From an uncultured Lentisphaerales bacterium (GTDB lineage Bacteria; Verrucomicrobiota; Kiritimatiellia; RFP12; UBA3636), in assembly GCA_964553035.1 (NCBI GenBank), contig CAZKJH010000005.1:1-62632 (forward strand): DNA of 62,632 nt. Reading direction: 5' to 3'. Shown here in pieces: positions 43,485 to 52,951 of this stretch. Each line of letters opens with the position of its first letter. Within the stretch, counting starts at the first letter, position 1. Made by a program: the position numbers and the translations under genes. The notes below the pieces were generated by a model. The model searched no databases. It was not told the origin of the DNA and saw nothing but the letters and a program-made list of their open reading frames with translations.

Positions 43485-46400
43485 CAAAGAATCCGAATTT
43501 GAGGAAGCCCTCATCAACATCCTGTTCACCAAAGGGTGGGAGGAAGTTATCAAGAACCCCACGGAGCAGGCGCTGATCAGCAACTGGGCGAGCATCCTCT
43601 TTGACAACAACCGCGACATCGACCGCCTCAATAACTGTCCGCTCACCGATGGAGAAATGCAGCAGATCATCGAGCAGATCAACGTATTGCGAACGCCGCT
43701 CAAGCTCAACGGCCTCATCAACGGAAAGACGGTCTCCATCAAGCGCGACAACCCCACCGACGCGGCTCACTTCGGGAAAGAGGTTTCCCTGAAAATCTAT
43801 GACCGCCAGGAGATCGCCGCCGGGCAGAGCCGGTATCAGATTGTGCAGCAGCCCAAGTTCCCCACGCAGGGCATACTCAATGACCGTCGGGGCGACCTCA
43901 TCCTACTCATCAACGGCATGCCCGTCATTCACATTGAGCTGAAAAAGAGCGGGGTGTCGGTCAGCCAAGCTGCGAATCAGGTTGAGAAGTATTCCAGAGG
44001 GGGGATTTTCAGCGGCATGTTTGCGCTTGTCCAAATTTTCGTGGCCATGGAGCCGAGCGAGACGCTGTACTTCGCCAATCCGGGGACGGACGGCAGGTTT
44101 AATTCCGACTTCTTTTTCCATTGGGCAAACTATGACAACGAGCCTATCAACGACTGGAAGGACATTGCCTCGACGTTGCTCTCGATCCCGATGGCGCACC
44201 AGCTCATTGGCTTCTACACGGTCCCCGATGATACGGACGGTGTTCTCAAAGTCATGCGAAGCTATCAGTATTATGCCGCGAGCGCCATCTCCGATTGCGT
44301 CTCCAAAACCAAGTGGGAGGGCAACAACCAGCTTGGTGGCTACATCTGGCATACGACGGGTTCTGGTAAGACCATGACGAGCTTTAAGTCGGCGCAACTC
44401 ATCGCCAACTCCAAAGACGCGGACAAGGTCATTTTCCTGATGGACCGGATCGAGCTTGGGACGCAATCCCTGAAAGAGTACCGGGGCTTTGCTGAGGATA
44501 ACGACGACGTTCAGGCGACTGAGAACACGCTTGTTCTGATTGCCAAGATGAAAAGCAATAACCCCGCTGACACGCTCATCGTCACGTCTATCCAGAAGAT
44601 GAGCAACATCAAAGAGGAAAGCGGGATGAACGCCGCTGACATCCAGAAGATGACCGACAAACGTATCGTGTTCATCGTGGACGAATGCCATCGTTCCACC
44701 TTTGGCGACATGCTCATCACAGTCAAGGCGACGTTCCCCGGCGCGATATTCTTCGGCTTTACAGGCACCCCGATTCATCTTGAGAACCAGATCAAGGGTA
44801 ACACGACCGCAACGGTTTTTGGTGACGAGTTGCACCGGTACAGCATCGCCGACGGAATCCGGGATAAGAACGTGCTTGGCTTTGATCCTTACAAGGTGCT
44901 GACGCATAAGGACAAAGATGTGCGAAAAGCCGTAGCCTTGCACCAGGCTAAGGCGAAGAACGAACAGGAGGCAATCGCAGACCCAGCAAAAAGTAAGGTC
45001 TATTACCACTTCATCAACGATGTCAAGATGGCCGACAGCAAGGACGCTACGGGCCAGCGCGTACGGGGCATAGAATCCTACCTTCCGAGCACTCAATACA
45101 CCCGCAGTGAACACCAGGAAAAGGTGGTGGACGATATTGTGGCAAACTGGACGACGCTCTCCCATGCAGGGAAATTTCACGCTCTGTTCGCCACGAACAG
45201 TATTCCGGAAGCCATCGAGTATTACCGGCTCATCAAGGCTACGAAGCCGGAGCTTAAAATCACGGCACTCTTTGACCCGAATATCGACAATGGAGCGGGG
45301 GCGACGGCCGCAGTCAAGGAGGCTGGACTTGTCGAAATCATCACAGACTACAATGCCCGCTACGACCAGAAATTCGAGGCCGCCACTCATGCTAAGTTCA
45401 AGAAGGACATTGCGGCGCGACTGGCGCACAAGGAGCCGTACCGATATATCGACCGCACGCCACACCAACAAATTGACCTGTTGATTGTTGTTGACCAGAT
45501 GCTCACTGGCTTTGATTCCAAGTGGATCAACACGCTTTACTTGGATAAGCTACTTGAGTATCAGAACATCATTCAGGCGTTTTCGCGCACGAACCGCCTG
45601 TTCGGGCATGAGAAGCCTTTCGGTACGATCCGCTACTATCGCAAGCCGCACACGATGGAGAAGCACATCGAAGAAGCCGTGAAGCTCTACTCCGGCGACA
45701 AGCCCCTCGGCTTGTTTGTGCAAAGGCTTGAAGACAACCTTGTCGCCATGAACGAGCAGTTTGCCAACATCGGAAAGGTCTTTGCTGCCGCAGGGGTAGC
45801 CGACTTCACGCAAAACCCAGAGGACAAATCAGCTTGCGGCCAATTCGCCAAGCTATTCAGGGAGCTGAACGGGCACCTTGAAGCCGCGAAGATCCAGGGT
45901 TTTACTTGGGATAAGCGGGAGTACGTGTTCCAGAATAGGCCGGGTGCGAAGAAGACCACCGTGAGGATGGCTTTTGATGAAAATGCCTATCTCGTTCTTG
46001 CACTGCGTTACAAAGAGTTGTTCTCCGGTCAGGACGGCGGTGGTACGGGTGGCGGGGGCGAGGTACCATACGAAATCGACGGCCATCTGACCGAGATCGA
46101 CACGGGGAAGATTAACGCGGAATATATGAATTCGCGGTTTGACAGGTATTTAAAGCTCGTGAATCTCAACCCGCAGCCATCAAAGGAACTTGTCGATCAG
46201 GCGTTAGACGATTTGCACAAGACATTCGCGACACTGACCCAGGAAGAACAGAAATACGCTGGACTCTTCCTCCGCGACATCGAACGTGGCGATGGGGTTG
46301 TTGAGGAAGGGAAAACCCTACGCGACTATATCACCGAGTATCAGGTTAGGGCGAAAGACGACCAGATTCACCGCGTGTCAGATACGTTCGGCTTGAATGA

Positions 46401-46707
46401 GGTCCTGTTGCGGGCAATAATGGGATTAAAGCTCACCGAGACAAACATCAATGAATACGGACGTTTTGACCAGTTGAAAGCGACCGTAGACAAAACGAAA
46501 GCCTGCGCATATTTTAAGGCTCAACTGGGCACAACCGTTTCAGCCTTTAAGGCGAGCATGGAGTTAGATAAGCTACTTCGGCGATTCCTACTTGAAGGAG
46601 GCTATGACGTGATACTCTACACAACGGAGTCACAAAGTATTGCATGTGGCTCAGTTGAGCTGCAAGAACTGCGAAAAGTGGCCGAGAAAACAGACGATCC
46701 TTATTGA
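43474..46707 (+). CDS. hsdR: Type I restriction enzyme endonuclease/translocase subunit
   Basis: I moved the start to the ATG at 43474 (MAFNKESEFEEALI), which has GGAG upstream. It has a nuclease region (DLILLINGMPVIHIELK), helicase motif I HTTGSGKT, DEAH-like FIVDECHRS, and motif VI QAFSRTNR. Confidence 0.92.
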   Translation: MAFNKESEFEEALINILFTKGWEEVIKNPTEQALISNWASILFDNNRDIDRLNNCPLTDGEMQQIIEQINVLRTPLKLNGLINGKTVSIKRDNPTDAAHFGKEVSLKIYDRQEIAAGQSRYQIVQQPKFPTQGILNDRRGDLILLINGMPVIHIELKKSGVSVSQAANQVEKYSRGGIFSGMFALVQIFVAMEPSETLYFANPGTDGRFNSDFFFHWANYDNEPINDWKDIASTLLSIPMAHQLIGFYTVPDDTDGVLKVMRSYQYYAASAISDCVSKTKWEGNNQLGGYIWHTTGSGKTMTSFKSAQLIANSKDADKVIFLMDRIELGTQSLKEYRGFAEDNDDVQATENTLVLIAKMKSNNPADTLIVTSIQKMSNIKEESGMNAADIQKMTDKRIVFIVDECHRSTFGDMLITVKATFPGAIFFGFTGTPIHLENQIKGNTTATVFGDELHRYSIADGIRDKNVLGFDPYKVLTHKDKDVRKAVALHQAKAKNEQEAIADPAKSKVYYHFINDVKMADSKDATGQRVRGIESYLPSTQYTRSEHQEKVVDDIVANWTTLSHAGKFHALFATNSIPEAIEYYRLIKATKPELKITALFDPNIDNGAGATAAVKEAGLVEIITDYNARYDQKFEAATHAKFKKDIAARLAHKEPYRYIDRTPHQQIDLLIVVDQMLTGFDSKWINTLYLDKLLEYQNIIQAFSRTNRLFGHEKPFGTIRYYRKPHTMEKHIEEAVKLYSGDKPLGLFVQRLEDNLVAMNEQFANIGKVFAAAGVADFTQNPEDKSACGQFAKLFRELNGHLEAAKIQGFTWDKREYVFQNRPGAKKTTVRMAFDENAYLVLALRYKELFSGQDGGGTGGGGEVPYEIDGHLTEIDTGKINAEYMNSRFDRYLKLVNLNPQPSKELVDQALDDLHKTFATLTQEEQKYAGLFLRDIERGDGVVEEGKTLRDYITEYQVRAKDDQIHRVSDTFGLNEVLLRAIMGLKLTETNINEYGRFDQLKATVDKTKACAYFKAQLGTTVSAFKASMELDKLLRRFLLEGGYDVILYTTESQSIACGSVELQELRKVAEKTDDPY

Positions 46708-46750
46708 AATCGAAGATAAAGAGCGTTATCCAGATCGTGGGGCAGGAGAT

Positions 46751-46906
46751 ATGACGCTGAACCGCACGAACTCGTTTGCCGGTGTTTCACACTACGATGC
46801 CCAAGACCGCATGACCACCGGATCCGGGATGTCCTTCGTCTACGATCTCAACGGCTCGCAGACGAACCGCATCATCAACGGACAATTTGTTTTGGGATCG
46901 CGATAG
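46751..46906 (+). pseudogene. Isolated YD/RHS-repeat fragment (about 51 codons)
   Basis: The translation ...SHYDAQDRMTTGSGMSFVYDLNGSQTNRI shows two YD-repeat-like units. It is far too short for an RHS protein and sits at the right edge of the R-M island. Confidence 0.4.
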
Positions 46907-46918
46907 GTCAGAGTAAAG

Positions 46919-48391
46919 TCAGCAACGGTTAGACTCAAACGCCGCGAAAGCAGCAAGCATCTGTGCAGAAGTTTCTTTGAGCGAGCGATCAGGATGAATT
47001 ACCTCGGTTGCCTTGCAAAAACGATCAGAAAGTGCGTCAAACGAAAGCCCCCCAACAGCATTGGCGGCTCGCATGGCCGCTCCGAGTCCTGCCGAATTCG
47101 AAATCGAAATCGTTTCGATTTCGGCTTGAAAAACATTGGCTAGGACTTGACGAAATCCCCGAGACTTGGATGCCCCACCTGTGACTCGAATACGAGTGAA
47201 GTCCTCACCCTGCCAAGCGGAATGCAGTCGCATCGACAACGCTTGTGACTCCACGAGCGCACGGATCATCGTAGCAGGCGATTCGTTTTTAAAATTGAAT
47301 CTTACTCCAGGCTTCAAAACAAGGGGCGTCGATTCTGGCAGGTAGTAGGGTAGCATCAGCTTCCCGCCATTACCAAACGCCGTCGATTCCAACGCCTCAT
47401 TATCAAAAAAGTCCCAATTGACGCCGCACGCTTGCTTCATCCGCTCTCGGGCAAGCGACCCGTTCGTAAAGCAAATGAGGCTCATAAATCCACCAGCCGG
47501 ATTTCCGAAAACATGTCCGTAGCCAGCAGGGTCAGTTTTAAAATCCTGCATCGCAGCGAAAAAGGTATCGCTCGTTCCAAGACTAATACCGGCGGAGCCG
47601 GGTGCCGAAGCGCCCGTACCGACGAGACTGTTTGGATTGTCACCCGACCAGACAACAACATGCGTTCCCGGCTTCAACCCATACTGAGCAAACTTAGGCG
47701 AAAGCCCTCCGGCAATCGTCGAGGAGGCAACAGCCGCAGGCAACTTTGCCAAGAGACCCGGTGCTGTAAATTCAGCGATTTCAGCATCCCAAGACAAGGT
47801 TCGCAAATTCAGCAGATTCATTCCTGCGCCATCGCCATAGTCGATCGGAGCCGAATGACCAATCATCTCTGAGCAAAGAAAACTGCTAACAAGATGGATG
47901 AATTTTGTTCGACGATATACCGTGGGATCTGTCTTATAAAACTTTCGAATCTGGGGACCTGTGAAACGTTCAATGGCGGGACTTCCCGTCTCGCGGCGAA
48001 GACGCTCGCCAAAACATGCATCGAGTTCCCGACATTCCGCCGAGGTTGACCGATCCATCCAGATAGGCGCAGTCGGCCGCGTGAGCTCGAAATTCTCACC
48101 CAGATAAACTGAACCGTGCTGCTGCCCCGAGCCCGAAATTCCTTCAACAGCATCTAGCTTAACCCCTGTGTCAACGAGCTTTCTCAACGCCAAATGCAAC
48201 GCCTTCACCCACATACGAGGATTCGAATGGCAAATGCGTGGATCCGGGTTTTCAAGATAGCCGTTCGGAGATGCAAACTCTGGCAAGTCATTGCCGAAAT
48301 TAACACTCACCTCTGCGAGGATCGACTCTGCATCGATTACTATGACTTTGAGACCCTGTGTGCTTGCGTCAATTCCAAGATAAAGTGCCAT
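46919..48391 (-). CDS. FGGY-family carbohydrate kinase, xylulokinase-like
   Basis: 490-aa ORF with the N-terminus LYLGIDASTQGLKV, then GISGSGQQHGSV, and a C-terminal VTGGASKS. Confidence 0.8.
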   Translation of the reverse strand: MALYLGIDASTQGLKVIVIDAESILAEVSVNFGNDLPEFASPNGYLENPDPRICHSNPRMWVKALHLALRKLVDTGVKLDAVEGISGSGQQHGSVYLGENFELTRPTAPIWMDRSTSAECRELDACFGERLRRETGSPAIERFTGPQIRKFYKTDPTVYRRTKFIHLVSSFLCSEMIGHSAPIDYGDGAGMNLLNLRTLSWDAEIAEFTAPGLLAKLPAAVASSTIAGGLSPKFAQYGLKPGTHVVVWSGDNPNSLVGTGASAPGSAGISLGTSDTFFAAMQDFKTDPAGYGHVFGNPAGGFMSLICFTNGSLARERMKQACGVNWDFFDNEALESTAFGNGGKLMLPYYLPESTPLVLKPGVRFNFKNESPATMIRALVESQALSMRLHSAWQGEDFTRIRVTGGASKSRGFRQVLANVFQAEIETISISNSAGLGAAMRAANAVGGLSFDALSDRFCKATEVIHPDRSLKETSAQMLAAFAAFESNRC

Positions 48392-48406
48392 ACTACTTTC
48401 CCAAGA

Positions 48407-49801
48407 CTAGTACCGATAGGCGTCCGCTTTGTATGGGCCATCAACCGGAATGCCAACGTACTTCGACTGCCGCTCCGTGAGCTGCGTCAGCTTCGCGCCA
48501 AGTTGACCGAGATGGAGCCGTGCAACCTCTTCATCGAGCTTCTTGTCGATCATGTACACGCCTGGCTCGCGACCTCCGCTCCACAGATCCATCTGCGCCA
48601 GCACTTGATTCGTGAACGAACACGACATCACGAAGCTGGGGTGCCCTGTAGCACATCCCAAATTTACGAGTCGTCCTTCGGCAAGTAGATAAATGCAATG
48701 TCCATTTGGGAAGGTGAATTTGTCAAGCTGAGGCTTGATGTTCGTATGCACAACGCCCGGCCATGCCTTGAGCTTGGCAACTTGGATCTCATCATCAAAA
48801 TGGCCGATATTGCAAACGATCGTCTGATCGCGCATCTTCGACATGTGCTCGGCGGTGATGATGTCGCAAACACCCGTCGTCGTAACAAAAATGTTCGCAT
48901 GCGGGAGTGCATCATCCACGGTGGTGACCTTGTATCCAGCCATGCAAGCCTGTAGCGCACAGATCGGGTCAATTTCCGAAACCCAGACTTGAGCCCGATG
49001 ATTTTTCAAAATTTCCGCACAGCCTTTACCGACATCGCCATAGCCGCAAACAAATGCGATTTTGCCGGCAACCATGACGTCTGTTGCGCGCTTAATGCCG
49101 TCCACAAGAGATTCCCGGCATCCATAAATATTGTCGAATTTTGACTTGGTAACCGCATCGTTCACGTTAATAGCAGGAACGAGAAGCTCGCCCTTTTCGG
49201 CCATCTTGTAGAGGCGATGTACACCTGTTGTTGTCTCTTCAGAAACGCCCTTCCAACACGCAACTGCTCTCTGGAAGAAGCCCGGCATCGCCTTAATTCG
49301 CTCGCGTATGACCTCACGCAAGATTCCGGCCTCTTCACTCTCAACCTCGCCATCGAGGGTCGACGGATCGTTTTCGGCGTTGTAGCCCATGTGCAAGATC
49401 AATGTGGCATCACCACCGTCATCGACAATCAGATCAGGTCCTGTTTCGCCAGCCCACGTCAACGCGTCAAGGGTGCAATCCCAGTATTCGCGAAGTGTCT
49501 CCCCCTTCCATGCGAAGACGGGCGTGCCGCCGACAGCAATGGCTGCAGCGGCGTGGTCTTGTGTCGAAAAAATGTTACATGATGCCCAACGAACCTGTGC
49601 ACCGAGTTCCTGAAGCGTCTCGATCAGCACCGCTGTCTGGATCGTCATGTGAAGGCTACCTGTGATGCGAGAACCTGCAAGCGGCTTCTGCAAGCCATAT
49701 TTCGCGCGAGTCGCCATCAGGCCTGGCATTTCATGCTCTGCCATATCGATCTCTGCCCTGCCCCACCCCGAAAGATTGATGTCTTTTACTTTATAGTCCA
49801 T
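48407..49801 (-). CDS. ahcY: Adenosylhomocysteinase
   Basis: I moved the start to the ATG at 49801 ([30 protein letters not shown]). It has the NAD motif [10 protein letters not shown] and the end ...YKADAYRY. Confidence 0.93.
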   Translation of the reverse strand: MDYKVKDINLSGWGRAEIDMAEHEMPGLMATRAKYGLQKPLAGSRITGSLHMTIQTAVLIETLQELGAQVRWASCNIFSTQDHAAAAIAVGGTPVFAWKGETLREYWDCTLDALTWAGETGPDLIVDDGGDATLILHMGYNAENDPSTLDGEVESEEAGILREVIRERIKAMPGFFQRAVACWKGVSEETTTGVHRLYKMAEKGELLVPAINVNDAVTKSKFDNIYGCRESLVDGIKRATDVMVAGKIAFVCGYGDVGKGCAEILKNHRAQVWVSEIDPICALQACMAGYKVTTVDDALPHANIFVTTTGVCDIITAEHMSKMRDQTIVCNIGHFDDEIQVAKLKAWPGVVHTNIKPQLDKFTFPNGHCIYLLAEGRLVNLGCATGHPSFVMSCSFTNQVLAQMDLWSGGREPGVYMIDKKLDEEVARLHLGQLGAKLTQLTERQSKYVGIPVDGPYKADAYRY

Positions 49802-49812
49802 AGTTATTCCTC

Positions 49813-50790
49813 TTATGCTTTTTTGAAATCTGCTTGCCCTACCTTGTTCGCATTCACGGGTGCCACGATGACAGGATCGAGAACCCAGCGCTTGTTGTAC
49901 CAAAACCACTGCTCAGGCGTTGCATGGATGCCCGTATCGATTTTCGAAATCACCTCCTCGGTGATTCTCTTAATCTCTACATCCTTGTCAGCCGTCAAAT
50001 CTGGCCATAACGCTTCATGGACTTCAAGGCTAAAATGACTCCAGCCCTGACGACGGATCATGATAGGAACAACGGGCACTTTGGCGGAATAGGCGAATGA
50101 TGCCATGCCACGCGCTAAATTAGCAAGGCCACCCAGAAATGGCACCATGATATCGGGCGTAAACGAACGCGTATCGGGGAGAATCGCAAAGATTTGACCC
50201 GACCTAATCCGCGTCATGATTTGCCGAAGCGTCCCGCTACCCCGCTCGATGATATCCATTCCGTGTCCGGAGCGTTGTTTGTTGATCAAGTCGTTCATCA
50301 ACACGTTCCGTTGCTTTCCAGCCACACTAAAAATGGGGAGGCCAGAAAGATAGCATCCAGAACCCGCAAGATCCCAGTTGCCCATGTGCGGCAGGGCAAG
50401 AATTAGCCCCCGCCCTTCGGCCTTGATCATAACAGCACGTAGCTTCTCGATGGTTTGCTCCAACTCCGGCATTATTTCCTGCAGATCGGCAAGATTGAAC
50501 TTGCTGACTCGCATCATCTCGACAGCGTTGAAAACAGTGTTTCGAAAAGAAATCCAGCAGATTCGCTTCACCTCTTTTGCAGAAAGAGCCGCGCCGAAAA
50601 CGAGCCACACACGCCTCACGGCCTCATGTCGCCTTTTGGCTAAAAGTTGGTATCCGATTCTGGCAATAACAAAAGCAACCCCTAACGCCCACCGATAGGG
50701 CAATGCAGTAAGCAGAGCACCTATGGTTTTGACGAAGCGGTATTCAAGTCTATGACGAAATGTCGACCTCACGCTCATTACTTCTGCCAA
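49813..50790 (-). CDS. Lysophospholipid/lipid A biosynthesis acyltransferase (LpxL/HtrB family)
   Basis: 325-aa ORF with an N-terminal membrane anchor, the HMGNWD (HX4D) catalytic motif, and ILPDTR / PFLGG segments. Confidence 0.75.
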   Translation of the reverse strand: MAEVMSVRSTFRHRLEYRFVKTIGALLTALPYRWALGVAFVIARIGYQLLAKRRHEAVRRVWLVFGAALSAKEVKRICWISFRNTVFNAVEMMRVSKFNLADLQEIMPELEQTIEKLRAVMIKAEGRGLILALPHMGNWDLAGSGCYLSGLPIFSVAGKQRNVLMNDLINKQRSGHGMDIIERGSGTLRQIMTRIRSGQIFAILPDTRSFTPDIMVPFLGGLANLARGMASFAYSAKVPVVPIMIRRQGWSHFSLEVHEALWPDLTADKDVEIKRITEEVISKIDTGIHATPEQWFWYNKRWVLDPVIVAPVNANKVGQADFKKA

Positions 50791-51059
50791 AGCGACTCAA
50801 TATCGTAGTATTCTCGAGCATCGGGAAGGAATAAATGCACAATAACATCGTACAGATCTAACACAATCCAAGCACTCTCGGAGTCGCCCGAGACGCGGAC
50901 AGAGTTATCTCCAGCCTTTTTAAGTTCCCGCTGTACATTTCCAGCCAACGCTTTGAGATGCGGAGATGAATTTCCAGATGCTACGATAATGATATCAGCC
51001 AAGGTGGATTTTCCTGTCACGTCGAAGACCTTCAGGTTTTCGGCTTTTCGGTCTTCCAA
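50778..51059 (-). CDS. rsfS: Ribosome silencing factor
   Basis: The sequence EDRKAENLKVFDVTGKSTLADIIIVASGNSSPHLKALA...WIVLDLYDVIVHLF...YDIESLW is typical of RsfS. The called start is TTG. The frame stays open upstream to 51119 (..INAQETSDKIVEI..) with no canonical start codon, so the true N-terminus is uncertain. Confidence 0.8.
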   Translation of the reverse strand: MEDRKAENLKVFDVTGKSTLADIIIVASGNSSPHLKALAGNVQRELKKAGDNSVRVSGDSESAWIVLDLYDVIVHLFLPDAREYYDIESLWQK

Positions 51060-51168
51060 TATCTCGACTATTTTATCTGATGTCTCTTGTGCGTTGATGG
51101 TACGCCGCCTTTCTCTTTTCTAGAATCTAGAATCGTTTGTTTTAAATTTTAAATCGTATTGATTTTAG

Positions 51169-52581
51169 CTAAAACCCAAAGTAATGCATAGCATTGTTAT
51201 AGCAGATGTCTGAAATCATGCCGCCAACAAGCTTGAAATCTTTAGGCACTAGCCCTTTTTCCATATCGTTTCCGAGAATATTGCAGAGGATACGTCTGAA
51301 ATATTCATGTCGTGTATAGCTGAGAAACGAACGGCTGTCCGTCAACATGCCAACGAACCGCCCTAATAGCCCCATTTGTGAAAGAGCCTCGATCTGTCGC
51401 TCCATGCCGTCTTTCTGGTCGTTTAACCACCAGCCGCTACCGAGCTGAAGTTTGCCGGGAGTCGGAGCGGATTGAAAATTGCCGATCATCGATGCTAACA
51501 GTTCATTATCACGCGGATTGAGTGAATAGAGGATGGTTCTCGGTAGGCTGTTCTCAAGTTCGAGGCTGTCTAGAAGACGCGAAAGTTCTTGCGCCACCGG
51601 CCAATCACCCATGCTATCAAAACCCGTGTCTGGTCCGAGGGTACGGAACATCTTCGTATTATTGTTGCGGAGCGCATTGTAGTGGAGCTGCCATGTCCAA
51701 TTGCTCTCCGCGTCCATCATACCGCAGCGGAACAGCATGTGCGATTTAAACTTAAGCACATCGACAGCACTCGCGTCGGTGCCGCCGCGCACCTTCGCAA
51801 AGATGCTCTTCGCCTCAGCTTCGGTGCAGGGATCGGCATAAATCGTCTCCAACCCGTAATCGGAGATCTTGCAACCATGCGAACTGAAGAAATTGTGCCG
51901 TTTTTTCAGCGCACCCATGAATTCATCGAAATTCGAAATCGACACGTCCGCCGCTTTTTCTAGCTTGTCCATCCACTCATTCCACGCGGTGCGATTACCA
52001 ATGTTAAAGCCTTTATCTGGACGCCATGCAGGCAGGACTCTCACGGGAAAAGAGGTATCGGCCGATAGCGCAGCATGATATTCCAGCGAGTCAACAGGAT
52101 CGTCGGTTGTGCAGACCACTTGCACATTGCTCGTCTTCATCAAGCCGCATGCGGAGAACTCGGGTGCCTTCAAGCACTCCGATGTGCGATCCCAAACTTC
52201 TTGCGCGGTATCACCTGACAGCACGATATCGTCGATGCCAAAGTAGCGAGCCAATTCGAGATGAGACCAGTGGTACATCGGATTACGGAGCAGGTAAGGC
52301 ATGGTTTCTGCAAACTTCTGAAACTTTTCCCGATCCGGTGCATCACCCGTAATAAAGTGCTCTTCGATGCCGTTGGAACGCATCGCTCGCCATTTGTAAT
52401 GGTCGCCACCAAGCCAAGGCTGTGCAAGGTTACTCCAATGGATATCCTCCGCTACTTCTTTCGGCGAAAGATGACAATGATAGTCGACAATCGGCATTCT
52501 TTCCGCATAGTCATGGAAAAGTATCCTCGCTGCATCAGTCTCTAATATAAAATCTTCAGTAATGAGTGGCTTGTCAATCAT
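51169..52581 (-). CDS. uxaC: Glucuronate isomerase
   Basis: I moved the start to the ATG at 52581 (MIDKPLITEDFILETDAARILFHDYAERMPIVDYHCHLSPKEVAED), which is the canonical UxaC N-terminus. Length is about 470 aa. Confidence 0.9.
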   Translation of the reverse strand: MIDKPLITEDFILETDAARILFHDYAERMPIVDYHCHLSPKEVAEDIHWSNLAQPWLGGDHYKWRAMRSNGIEEHFITGDAPDREKFQKFAETMPYLLRNPMYHWSHLELARYFGIDDIVLSGDTAQEVWDRTSECLKAPEFSACGLMKTSNVQVVCTTDDPVDSLEYHAALSADTSFPVRVLPAWRPDKGFNIGNRTAWNEWMDKLEKAADVSISNFDEFMGALKKRHNFFSSHGCKISDYGLETIYADPCTEAEAKSIFAKVRGGTDASAVDVLKFKSHMLFRCGMMDAESNWTWQLHYNALRNNNTKMFRTLGPDTGFDSMGDWPVAQELSRLLDSLELENSLPRTILYSLNPRDNELLASMIGNFQSAPTPGKLQLGSGWWLNDQKDGMERQIEALSQMGLLGRFVGMLTDSRSFLSYTRHEYFRRILCNILGNDMEKGLVPKDFKLVGGMISDICYNNAMHYFGF

Positions 52582-52694
52582 TGGGGTGGCTCCTGCCTGT
52601 CCTGCTCGTTTAAAACCCTTTTTACTATACCACACCTCGCGGCATGGGCACAAGGGAACATAAAACTGCATCCGCAATCGGTTAGCGACCGTGA

Positions 52695-52751
52695 CTTGGC
52701 AAACTAACTGCGCCTCCCGCGAAGCGGGAAAGGCGCAGTTAGTTTGCCAAG
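52695..52751. repeat. 21-bp perfect palindromic stem (CTTGGCAAACTAACTGCGCCT / AGGCGCAGTTAGTTTGCCAAG) with a nested CCCGC-GAA-GCGGG hairpin
   Basis: Read directly. Additional direct copies of the half-site occur at 52765-52775 (GTTAGTTTGTC) and 52838-52848 (TTTAGTTTGCC). Confidence 0.85.
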
Positions 52752-52951
52752 GAGCGGGAGGCGGTTAGTTTGTCGAGAAGAATACGGGAGCAGGCGGAGG
52801 AATTCTTTAGGAGGATGCCCCCGGGGGGCAGGTGCGTTTAGTTTGCCAATTTAAATTGCTGCAACTGCATCAGCAAATCTTGACATAAGCAGTACTATAT
52901 GATAAGTTGACTATTCATTTTTCGTTTTCAAAACTAACCGAAGGGATACGT

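Noticed and set aside
43903-45471. 522-aa ORF antisense to hsdR
   Set aside because: It lies entirely inside the well-supported hsdR frame. Its composition is Arg/Val/Leu-rich with no recognisable motifs. It looks like a typical shadow ORF of a GC-balanced gene.
36604-46918. R-M island as an integrative mobile element or integron cassette array
   Set aside because: No integrase, transposase, tRNA target or flanking direct repeats are visible. The junction modules lack an adjacent intI and do not show clear attC core sites. Mobility remains unsupported.
49802-49812. SAH riboswitch upstream of ahcY, or a cobalamin/SAM riboswitch upstream of metH
   Set aside because: Only 11 nt separate ahcY from the upstream gene, and about 57 nt precede metH. 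There is no room for these structures, and their conserved cores were not seen.
51118-51160. Paired 7-bp duplications TCTAGAATCTAGAATCG and TTTTAAATTTTAAATCG between uxaC and rsfS
   Set aside because: They are real but too short to distinguish from chance slippage in AT-rich DNA. No function can be inferred.
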